Shown piece after piece: positions 1-12,224 of a stretch of 44,593 nucleotides of DNA (the stretch's first letter is position 1; every line of letters starts with the position of its first letter). The translations under genes and the position numbers were made by a program. The stretch comes from Rotaria sp. (Eukaryota): assembly GCA_905250055.1 (NCBI GenBank), contig CAJNOF010000027.1, forward strand, positions 844,618 through 889,210, written 5' to 3'. The notes beneath the pieces were generated by a model. It did not search any database. It was given only the letters and a program-made list of their open reading frames with translations, and was not told the DNA's origin.

Positions 1-3000
1 GGTATTCGAAACAAAGCGGAAAATCTCAAAAAGAAGTGTTCAACTCCTCCCTGAATTTGAGCAAAATTTAGGAAAATTTTCTAGTCAGTCTCTTCAGCTA
101 TGAAACCCTATCTCATTGTAGCGACCTCGGAACACTCCTATGTACCGATATTGAAAAGCAAAATTTCAGAAAATATAACCTAAGACAATTCTTTATAGAT
201 GAGCCATATTTTAATAAGCATTTGATTAACAGTATATTTCTTTTTCCATGAAAATCTCAAGACTCATATAAATTAAATTCAAATAATATATAGTTATTTT
301 CTCTCTACTTTGCTTTCTACATACAGGTAAAAAGTAGTAAAATACTATTAAATAGGGATAGATTCCAGAATTTCTTTTGACAAGATGATCATCTTGAAGA
401 AAAAGTACGTTTTATCTGGTAAAGATAGTTTTATTTGTACTTACTGTAAGTGTTTCAATCTCTCAGAGGAGGATGCATCACAATTCGGACTTCACTCTCG
501 ATAAATAATTGCTACTACGATGTCTTAAACAAAACATAAAAATGCTGTACAGTTCTACACAATTACTATGGAACTTCTGCTATTTTTCAGTCGATATGTA
601 ACTAATAATTTTACTGCAGGTAAATTTTGTAACTTAATCACCTTCAAGTTTGTGATTTTTTATTTTCTGATTTAACTTTTCTATTCTTTAAGATTTACTC
701 ATAAAAGCTGTTATTTTGTCATTCTATTTCACTTCTTAATCATACAATAATTAATAACACATGATACTGATTCAACTTGGATGCTGGATATTCACAAACA
801 TATTAAATAGGATTCATTTTCTACTCAATAACAGTTGCATCAACATTGGATGCTAAAGCCAAGTTTTTACCACTGAATTATTACTTTTTGTTATTAGTGC
901 ATATTATCATTTCTTTTTTTATAGTTCTTTTTTATGTTTTATGTTGAGAAACATAATCTAAAAGACGTACTGAAATATAGAGGTAAAAATGTAAACTTTC
1001 CTCTCTCTGAAACACTGACAGACGACTGAAGAACGTCTTCTCTCTTCGTCACAGATGTTGATGATGTATGATCAATGGGCGTATATCAATAAAGTGTCTT
1101 TATAATAAATGAACTACTTCCGTATTGCATTACTGAAGAATAAATTGAAGCGATGGTGAGCAAATATCTTCCAAAATAGATAGAATAAAGCAATCTTTGT
1201 CGATGAGTAACAGGACTTACATTGTGTTTCACCTTTTAATACCGCAGGGATTGTACTAGCAATTTTAACTTCGAAAACGGCAGTTTAGGAATGTTATTCA
1301 GTTACTATCTGATTCAAGCAAAGATATCTAGCATGTCATGAAAACTCATTTTATTAGCCTCATTACTCTCATTATATTAATCTGTGATATAGAACGACAT
1401 AGTTTGCTCAATTTCGTAGGAAAGTCTGTTCCATAATCGTATTTTTCTACCTAATATTAAAGGTGAGCATTAAATTTCACAGAAGAAAAGTTAGACCTGC
1501 TAAGTATGCTACTTTTCATCGTAGCATAAAGATTTTTCTTTCGTTCTTCGTGACAGATAAGAAGTACAAGTAGTTGTTGCTAGAATCTCTTTCGCTATAT
1601 CTCATATTTTGATTTCACTAGCATTTTTTTTTTGTCTTTCTATCAATCGACACGTCTACAATTGACTAGTATGATCCATTGAACAATTCATTATTTTATT
1701 TAATATGAAAATAAGACGATATGAAACTATTTATAGTTGGCGCTAATTTTCAGTCAACTGAACAGAAAAAAAATAAATAAAAATCATTTCTTCAATGTCA
1801 AATCTGTTTATTTGATAATAATCATACTGTTGCTGTTTTCTATTATATCAATGTCATATATGCACAAAAAGAGAAATAACGTTCAGTTATACAAATTTCA
1901 AGAGAATATTAAAATTTATTCCAAAAAGCTCGATAAGCTTTTTTTGTATAATCTTTGACAGATCATGCTGGTTTTAACTGTGACAGTGGCTAAAGATAGC
2001 CAAGCTACCCTCAATTACACACCTCGTGTGGACCCTCAACCCTTGTTAATTTATCATTCATTATCTTAAAACTATTGTTCTATTCTATACGAAAATACGA
2101 GATCGAAATAATGTTATTAAAAATTACTATTAATCATTTGTTTCCAAATGATTATACTTCTCTTTTCTAAAGTGATTCAGAACGGAGTTTATACCAATGA
2201 ATTCATAGAGAATCATTTTGGAAGTTTTCAATATGGTTACAAGTTGCTTCTCTTTCTCATCGTTTCTTTAGAATGAAGAGAGATGTTGAATCTCTGGTTT
2301 GATCGTCTGTTTATGGTACTAGAAGATGCAACGTTTCCATTCCTTCGGCAAGGATTATTCATACCTTAACACATTCGTCCCAATGAGACCCACCAGTGGA
2401 TTCCATCATGGCTAATCTATGGGACTGAATTGCCTCCAATATAACACATTGTTCTTAAAAATTAATCAATTAGTCTATCTTGTGCAGGTTTAAACGCTCA
2501 TTCCTATGATATATTGAAAAATTAATTTCGATCTTTTCATGGTGGAGAAAAATGATGTTTACTAAAGATCTGCACTAGCACATGCGTACGTTCTAAATTC
2601 AGGCATTTTTCAAGGTATTTTTACGATGAAAAGTACTCCATTGTGTAGTGCATTCTTTTTTCTAGAGAATCATATATGTTAAAGAAAAGAATTCATGTAA
2701 GAATAGAAATAGAATGTGACAAGAAATAAACAGACGTATACATGGTTTTAATCCCAAAAAATGAGCAATTTTGACGAGAAAAATTGTTACAATTCGATAT
2801 ATGGATCTAAGAAGATGATTTTTATAGGAGATACACTTCACACTGAGGGCTGTCTAACGGTGACATCAGACTATTTTAAACACATTTACAGAGATGTGAT
2901 CCATCAGTGAGTCACATCGCCGATCTGTGATATCAAATTGCATCGAATGTTAAAATAGTCTTGTCTTCATACGTGGATTAAGAATTTTAATTGTTTTATT

Positions 3001-3288
3001 CTTTAATACATTAAAGAAACTATTAGAAAACTTCAGATAGTTGTTTATTTGATCTAGTTTTAGTTCAAAGTTCTTAGGATAATATATCAACGATGATTCA
3101 TTAAAAAATAACTTTTTTTTGTTATAACGTTTATGATCTTTCCGGAATAGAGTTATAAGCATCAATGTTTTAGGATTTTCTTAGTGTCGCAAAGCCGTCC
3201 TTGTTGGCGAAATTTGAAGTTTGAAGTTTGAAATCAATTAGAACTACTCATTGGTAAGAATGCATGGGTCGGCTTGTTAGTAACGAAC

Positions 3289-3309
3289 ATATATATATAT
3301 ATATATATA
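3289..3309. repeat. (AT)n microsatellite, about 10 units
   Basis: A direct atatatat... run is visible in the sequence. Confidence 0.9.
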
Positions 3310-3799
3310 AGAAGCTGCTTCTAAGAACAACATTGTACATACAGATGATTAGCTTCACATTGTTCTTTTTAAATCGAAGCACTCCATAGAACTTCGCCGT
3401 TATTGCTCACTAAATGAGTATGCTCTGTACTGTATATTACACACATGTTTTTTTGTATTAGCAATTCGATAATAGTATTTGTCTCAATACCGTCATTTTA
3501 TGAAAAAATGACAAGTTGTATCAAACAATATAATGGTGTCTTATATATCAGTCCTTAGGAATATTTGACTAAGCAACCAAATATTTGCTTTCTCGAGTTT
3601 ATTCGAATTGATTTTTTTAGTAGGCTAGATTATTTGATATTGTGTAATTTACTTTTGATATAAACTAATCTTTGATTATAGTAGAACTAAAATACATGCA
3701 GCTTATATATTGTTCTTAAAATAAAATTGATAGAAGCTTATTCTAAACGATTAGGATATTAGTTTCTTTTTTCTTTGAAAGATAATTGTATTTCTCCCA

Positions 3800-4757
3800 T
3801 TAAATAAATCGTTGAATCCATTTTTCAACTACTTGATTGACTTTCTCTGGATTTTCTTCCATAACCCAATGACTAGTTTCTAATTCGATCGTTTCCAAAT
3901 CATCAATATACTTCTTTTGATCGACAAAAAATTGTGAAAGACATATATAGTCTTTCGTACCAGCAATATAAAGAACTGGTTGTTTTATTGTAGGATCAAG
4001 ATGTTTTTCATCATCCCAGTCAATATTTGCCATAGCTGATTTATACCAATTTAGTTTTGGCTGCATACCTTCAATAATACATTTATGTATGATTTCATAA
4101 TCGTTAGTCGTGAAATATGAAGCTCGAGTTGTCGTTTTTTGATTTGTTAACCATTCTCGAACTTTACCAAGTGGAGCTACATCTGTTTTCCACAATATTG
4201 GCTCGCTTGTATAACAAAGATCGATGAAACAATCCGCATTATCTTCGATAATTTTCGCTGCATCATCAGAATTAAAAAATTCCCAATAGCCAAAAAGTTC
4301 ATAGCCGAACGCTTTCTTAGTCAATAATAACATTTGCTCAAAATCGAACTTCGCCGGTGGAAAATAACCAAGATTAAATAAAATAAGACCTAATGTACGT
4401 TCGGGATGATATAAAACAAATCGAGTTGCCGGTCGAACACCCTAATCATGTCCAAGAACAATAACTTTATTTACATTTAAATGATCGAGGAGTGTTATAA
4501 GGTGTTGAACCATTGTTTTAGTTTTGTATTCATTTGCATCCAGCGGAGAATATGTTTTACCGTAGCCCATTAAATTGGGTGCTAAACAGCCATATCCTTG
4601 CTTAGAGAAATATTCAATTTGATGACGCCAACAATAGAATGATGATGGAAAACCATGAAGAAATAATAAGGTTGGATGTGAATTATCTTTTGTCTTAATA
4701 TAAATATATTCATAATTAATACCGTCGGCAACTGCGTAATTGTGTGATTCAAACATA
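3800..4757 (-). CDS. soluble epoxide hydrolase-like alpha/beta-hydrolase, single exon of about 319 codons, interrupted by one in-frame TAG at 4442-4444 (possible pseudogene or nonsense allele)
   Basis: Track ORFs 4442-4867 and 3800-4333 are in the same minus-strand frame and are separated only by one TAG. The N-terminal part contains HGFP (LLFLHGFPSSFYCWRHQ) and ends ...VIVLGHD*. The frame continues G VRPATRFVLYHPERTLGLILFNLGYFPP..., matching the epoxide hydrolase GHDWGG...YPERV... region with the Trp codon replaced by TAG. The likely real start is the internal ATG giving MFESHNYAVADGINYEYIYI... at about 4757. The MVQGLCK... extension in the track is upstream read-through of an alternative-start ORF. 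The C-terminal end (...WIQRFI*) is at 3800. Confidence 0.75.
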
Positions 4758-7700
4758 ATATTTACGTGATCGAGCGAACCTAATAATAACAAAAACAATC
4801 TACCAAGGACTAATTGTAATGGGAGTATAGTATGCCCTTTTTTAGTCTTGCATAAACCCTGCACCAATAAAAAAATGTGTCTTCGTTTGTATCTTGTGTA
4901 TTTTGTTTTATATTTGTCTTTTTATTTTTTCGTTCTAATATCGTTGATTGCCTATGGAATTTTATGCTCTACATAGTAAATGTATTGTTTGTTGCTGACA
5001 TCTATGTAAATTTTTATCTAAATCGCAAGAATCCAGCGGTGTCCTAATACTTATACGTTGGGTAACAACAAGCTACATATCACGATATTCAAACGAACAA
5101 CTATCTCATTATAGTTATCATTTACAAAATAAACCTATAGTTCAAGATTTTGAATGAATTAGGTGCATCAATACTCTCACTCTCACTATATACTACCAAA
5201 AATTGAGATTGAGGGTAAGAATATTCTTGTAAATGCACTCATAATTGTCAAGCTCTGAAATACATCGTGAGTCATTCGGTGCATTGAAGTTAACCAAATA
5301 CTCATGATATGAATCTTGACATTCAGGTCACGCATACTATGACAGTTGCTAAGAAGCATATCGGGAGAGTAGAATATTTATGAAGAACTTTTAAAGTATA
5401 AATAGCTGTGAATAATAATCAAACTGGCGAACGTATGATTATAACAGATGCGTAATACACTTGTTTATATTTGTTCTCTGTTGAATGTGATTTAAGTTAG
5501 GCTTTCAACCTTGTTCACTTTCGTGAATCTTCTGACTTCAAGATACCTGAAAAATTACTCAGTTACGTGTATGTCATCAGAATTTTAGGTTATTTTAGTA
5601 TCTTAGAGTATTCTTCGATCTATTAGCGATTGATTCTTGAATGCTCGTAGGTATTCAATCGAAAGAATTTTTAAAAAATGTTCTATAATATGCTACAGAA
5701 GCTCGACAAGTAGTATAATGGATACCTGATTGGTATCCATACTTTGAAACAATTCTCAACAGGATACTCAAACATACTGATAGTAGAGTAACTCTTTGAG
5801 TATCTTGCTGAAAAATACTTCAGCATATGCATACTTTGAACTCACTAAATTCGCTAGGACATACATACTTTTTTATTATAAGGACGATTCAACTTGGATG
5901 TATTAATTTTGATTGATTTATTACTCATATTAATATATATTTACAGTATTTTTCTTAACCTCTAATAAGAAACTAATCTGAATAAAAAAGCAATACTCTC
6001 GTGAGTTACTTACCGAGTAGTCTAATCTAGGGGTAGTCATAAATGATTGGCTTAATGATTATTGTTATGATAATTTTGAAAATGTTAATGAAAAGAAAAC
6101 CTTATTTATATAATGGAATCCATGAATCAGGAATATGGTTATACTTTTTCTTTTCTGCTTACAAAAGAGTAATTACAACTGCAAAAACTTACTATTACAT
6201 CATTCAATAAATCATGGCTTATTTTTCATGTCACATTTAATATTTGAAGATATCCAAATGTTGCTGTTTTACACGGTGTTTGATAAGTTTGGATAGTGGA
6301 TACAATAAGTCTATATGCAGGCCATGAATGATCTTTAATATAACCCACCTATATAAGTCTTGAGTATTCATATTGACGTATCGAATCATACCTTATAGAT
6401 TGACATATTCTCCTGTGATAATAGAAATATGAATATAAGAATGTGATTACTATTTTCTTCAAATGAAACAATAAGATTTATCTTCTTTTAATCAAATCCG
6501 CCCCTACTATTTTTACTCTTTGTAATCTCTTATGGATTTAATCAATTATTTTTTCATAATCATTACAACTTATTCGTCTCGATTTTTTCTTCTATATTCC
6601 TTAAACATTTTCAATAAGTTTTATACTGACTACATAGTTTTAAAAGAAAAAGCATAAGAAGAATACCTGGAAAATAGCAACGGTCGTTTTGCATGCTTTG
6701 TGAGCATGTATTTCAGTTCATTTTACAAATGTTTCTTCGAAAAATACTTTGTGCTTGTTCATTTGGAAATTTTTTCATGAAAAGTTTTGAATATACGACA
6801 ACTGCAACTACTTTTTGGTTCCTGTCATGATTTATTTTATGTCAAAAGTTTCCTAGACTTTATTTAAACAGTCTGAAAAGTAAGTTTATGAGATAGTTTA
6901 GAAAAATTTATCATTATAGTTTTACCTTTATATTACTATTATATATAATCAGTATAATAAATTGGTTACTGGGTTTTAAAGTATATGTGAAGTATCCTTT
7001 CGATCTATTGATGATAACATTTTGAACACTGTAATTCTTTGTACTTTTTCAGAAGTAGATATGAAAAATTCCAATAAAATGAACTTTCTGTCTATTTCAA
7101 ATAAATAATCTATTTTCATGCAGCATGCACTTACAAAGGAATCATATACGAGAAGAAACCGATGATTCAATCAAAAGCTTATCTAACACTTTTTTTTAGA
7201 AATTTTCAGAAATTGAATATCTGAAGCAACAAAAGATTCTAACAGTAAGCTCTGTATGTTCTGTTGAGCTATTGTTGCTTTGTTCGTTATCAAAATATTA
7301 GTTGTAAAGGCAAAAAAACATTGTCCATGTTAATTCACACGTATCACATCTAACAGAAAATAGTTGCAAACACATATTTCATTTTAACTAATTCACTTGT
7401 ACTTTTCGTTGCGAATTAAATAAACCAAGCATGCATGATTAACGCTGAATTCAATAGATTACACAGATCATTGAAAATAAAATTTTTTAGAAAAGAGTTT
7501 TGTTTAACAGTATTTTCGTTTTTCTCAAATATGTTGAGTACAAACAGCATTTCAAACAGTGACATAGACTCCATTGGTAGCAATCAACAGCTATTTTACT
7601 TGACACAATTATGAGTTTTTCTTCTTTTAATTATTTCATCAATTATGTGTTTATTGTTTGGTTTATATCATTTTCTACTGAATCGAGCTCTTCATGAAGC

Positions 7701-10700
7701 TCTCTATAATCATGTTATAATCGTTCTATTTACTATTGATCTTTTTTACAACTGTACAAATATGTCGTGGTTTATTCATTTTTTTCATAATTTGAAAACA
7801 TCTGTATCAACAACGTTCTTTCGTCTTTTATGGGAATATATTGAACGGACATCTTTTGTTCTCCAATTTTAATTATACTTCGGTTACAATCGAAAGACAT
7901 ATTCTTATCTTTCATCATCAATTATTATCGACCGAACAGGAACGGATTTTAGTTCATTATCTGCCCCCAACTATTATAGCTGACAATATCGAAAGTTGAC
8001 AATTGAAATGTTATCTATCTCATATGTTTATCTGCATTTCCCGTTTTCTTACATGTTTGTAACGCTGCTTCAACTATGTGAAATGTCATATTATATTGTA
8101 GTGAAGTTTTTATTACGTGCAGAATTCTTCCTTTATTATACTTTACTTCTTTTTCTAATAGTTGTTGTTGCATTATTACAGGAGTTAAGAGACAAAATCA
8201 TGTAGACTGTACAGTTTCGATGGCAAACACGTATTATTCGTCCGACAACTAACGAGACGCCAGCAAATATGACAAAAAATCGTGTAGCTTTTCAATAAGA
8301 ACTATGACAGATTAATGGATATATCTTTTAAATTGAAATAAACTTTCTTCTAACAATAATATTTTTACAATGCTTAACTTATATAAGAATGAATTTTTTT
8401 TAGGACGAAGAATATGAATGCTAAGTAAGACGTGTTTGAAATTGAATTTTGCATTCTAAAAAGTGAAGAAAAACCTCGAGGAAATTGTTTTATGTATTAT
8501 CGGAATTGTGAATTCCATTCTTGAACAACACACAAAAAGATGTCTGCTAATGTTTAAACAAAGACGAACTATTAAAATGTGGAAACAAATTAAATACTCG
8601 CTATTTTTTTTAAAGCCTGAGTATAGGTTTATTGCTCAATAAAGAGTTAGCTTTTGCTTCGTATAAAATTTATTGCTCGGTAACTATTATATTTGCTCAG
8701 TAAACTAATATTTTGTAGATGTGGATACTATTGGCAGGGAGGATGGGTTTGGCGACCCTAAAAAAACGGAACCGAGCTTTAAAAATACTTTGAAACTGAA
8801 ACTGTGGATAGACAAACATTGGATCGCTAAAGGAGGCGAAGGTGTTAAATCATGAAATAGATACAAATATTCTTAGCTGTATGTAGAGAAACTTCATTTG
8901 TTTCATTCTTGAAATTAAAGACATTAGTACACACGTAGAATATTGTTTTCGTTAATACTGAAATAAGTAGCATATTTAATCTCTAAAATTCAATAGTGAC
9001 AATTTCTCAAAATATATTTCAAATTTTTGTCTCGGACTAACAATTTTACGGTTCCGGTTGTACGTGATATTGTGAGAGCCGAACCGAATATTTTTTTGTC
9101 ATTTTTAGCTATCAGAATTACGGTTTCGGTTTCGGGTAATTTTTCGAACCGTTGAACTCTATTGGAAGGCCGCTAGCGACATTCAAACCTACAGCAACAG
9201 TCCTAAATACTGAGTCTTTTTAAACTGCTTACTGTGATAAGATTAACTTTTTACTAAGCAATAAACCATGCTGAGCATTAGACAAGATAATACTAAGCAA
9301 TTATTATATCAATTTCTTTATAACCCTACGAATGAAAAGTTCGATAAGGATGTTTGCAGATATTTCAAGGAAGATTACATATGTACAAAAAAATATGTAG
9401 TTGTAAGAGGAAGAAAAGATATCATGAATATGCAATTCATCAAACTTAAGATAAACTATTACTATTCAAGAGAATTTTACCATCGAAACGCATTTCTCAT
9501 CAGAAATATTCAATGAATTAGTTACACTTATGCATTAGAATGAATAAGTATCCTTATGTTGAGTGAAATTTATCGAGTGTTCGCGAGCTCTGCTAAGCAA
9601 AAAAAATGTTGACAAACAGCTATAAAATCTTCTGATTACACCACAAAATGTATCATTATTCGTTAGTAATAGCCAGATTCTGATATCTTGATATCAAATA
9701 TTTAAGAGAATCAGTCATACAACACTTTGATCTTTGTTAATCTAGTAGTCATTGAATATATAAAAAATCTGTAGTAAAAACTTCTCTCAACAAGTTGTTT
9801 ATTTGATGCTATCATACTCAACATAAGGAGAAAACATTGGTGATTCCGTGCTTCCACAATATTTCTTGAAGTGGTATTGGGTATTGTACAAATTACTTGT
9901 CCTCATCATAAAGGTGACAAAAATTCTTTTTTTCTTTGAATAAACGGTTTAACAATGATACTATATTCATTTTGTTCATTCTGAATGATCAGTAAAAGTA
10001 AATGGCATGGTAATATTATAAACAAATATTTAAGTCAGTTATGAAACACTCATGGCAACTCATTTAAGAGTTTTCAATAATATTAATCAGAGTTATTGGC
10101 TCTTTATTAGGAACTGTAGGTATTTTAATACGTAGTCGTATAATTCGTAATTGCTCTTATGGATCATTCTCTTTATAAGTAGATCCAGAAACTGCTTGAT
10201 GTGAACATCCAAATTATGCTTGAATGATATCAATTATCGTCATAGGTGTTAACAATTCTTTCCAATCAGTCCTAGAAACACTTTTTTGAATATCTATCTA
10301 AAACGTTAACGAAAAATTTATTGAATTCTACTTCTTGTAATCGAATAATGTGAAATATTTAGCATTTTTCTTATTTATAAATCTTCTTCTGCTTGTCTAT
10401 GACGATGACGATTATCATTACGTATATATGTTTGACTTTTATGTTACGTAAAATGACATGAAAACGAGTGTGTTGAACTGTAATTTATAAAGATACAAAA
10501 AGAATAATTGATAGAAATAATTTTCTCTCTTCAGTTTTTTTTATGTGAAACAATGTTCGTTATTAAAAAAATATTCTTTTGATAGAACGTCTTCTTTTTT
10601 GATCGACATGTTGTTATAATAAACTTGTTTTTATTAATAATCTATTCTTCAAAACATTTTACCATTGAAATCAATTGTATTATTGTTCAACGATCACAAT

Positions 10701-11602
10701 TAATCAAACATTCAAAGATAATGTGATATTATAAAAATTGATGAACTATACTCTTCTCAGCAAAGGAATAAAGATATATATACAGTACAACTATTGAAAA
10801 TATGCCTACTAGCCATTAATTAAAACTATCAAAATAGATTTGTTCAGTCGAGTTAAATATAAACAAAGCATTCGGAAAAAAATATATGATGAGTACTTTG
10901 ATCCTATAATATTTTTAATTTTAGATAATTTTCTTTGATAAAAAAATGAGTACGAGAATAAGTGGGTGCGAGTATGGAGTGAAGAAATAAAGTATATGCA
11001 CATGTAAATTCTTCGTCGATTTTACTTTGTGCTACCAGCTTATATTTAAACATTGTATTTTGTTAAAAATAAAATCTCATGTGTCCTGATTTAATTTTGC
11101 TGCAATATGATATATGAGTGGATTTGTGATTGGTCTAAGCGAGTCTGAGACTGAACGCTAACATATATACGAATAGTACAACATTAGATACTTATTATAC
11201 AACTAAAAATTTCGTACGAAGATACAAAGTGATAATACACTTTCTGAGGTTTTTTAAAATACATTATTGAATAATACTTGTTGATAGGCAATTCGATGCT
11301 TCATCGAGCATATTCTCTAATTAAATATATAATATATTCAGTCATATTAATGGTTAGGTTATTATCCTTATTTTAACGCTAGTAAGCTAGTATAGAATCT
11401 TATGTTGAAAAAAGAATGTAAAAATCCCAATATGAACTAAGAAATACGATTGATGAAACATCAAGTGATTTATTAACAAATGTTATTCAAGAATGTATTT
11501 TTAACAAAATACTCGGAAAATGTTTCAGCACTTTTTATCTGCATAGTAAATCTTTTCTTATATTAGAAGCATCTATTCACGTACTACTTATATGTATCTA
11601 AC

Positions 11603-12224
11603 AATGGAGATGTTTGTATTGTCCGCGAGAAGAATGGAACATATTCAGGTCAAATTAAAGCTTGCATCACCAAACTAACGAGGTTAAAATATTAGCTGTC
11701 CTTGGCGTGCCTGGATGAATTTTACGATATTTAGAGTATATGTCGGAAACTCAGTTCACAATTTTATTAGAATTTATTTTTCTTTTTTCTTTCTGATGGT
11801 TGGATAGAGCTCGTCGAGTTGCATTAGAAAACGTATCTTTCAAATTTTAAAAACAGATTTCAAAACAGTTTTACGAAGGCTCGGAATATTGTATCGATTG
11901 TCCCTTATATTAGAAAATAACAGTAACTTGAACACTTTGTTAATAATTGTTTAAAATTGGTTTGTTAAAATTTGAAAGATATGTTTTCTAATGTAACTCG
12001 ACGAGCTCTATCCAACCATCAGAAAAAAAAAGAAAACTAAATTCTAATAAAGTTTTGAACTGTGAGTATCCTACATATACTCTAAATACCGTAAAATTCA
12101 CATATCTCCATCCAGGTACGTCAAGGGCAGCTAATATTTTAACCTCGTTAGCTTGGTGATGCAAGCTTTAATTTGACTTGAAGATGTCCCATTTTTCTTA
12201 CGAACAATACAAACACCTCCATTG
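11603..12224. mobile_element. foldback / MITE-like element: about 250-bp inverted arms (about 11603-11850 and 11975-12224) around a roughly 120-bp spacer
   Basis: The left arm ...acaatggagatgtttgtattgtccgcgagaagaatggaacatattcaggtcaaattaaagcttgcatcaccaaactaacgaggttaaaatattagctg... is the near-perfect reverse complement of the right arm ...cagctaatattttaacctcgttagcttggtgatgcaagctttaatttgacttgaagatgtcccatttttcttacgaacaatacaaacacctccattgt. The inner arms gagctcgtcgagttgcattagaaaacgtatctttcaaatttt / aaattttgaaagatatgttttctaatgtaactcgacgagctc also pair. There is no coding capacity. Confidence 0.8.

Noticed and set aside
4758-4867. N-terminal 37-residue extension (MVQGLCKTKKGHTILPLQLVLGRLFLLLLGSLDHVNI) of the epoxide hydrolase ORF
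   Set aside because: It has no homology to epoxide hydrolase N-termini. It is produced by the ORF caller reading upstream from an alternative start. Canonical family members begin close to the MFESHNY... Met.
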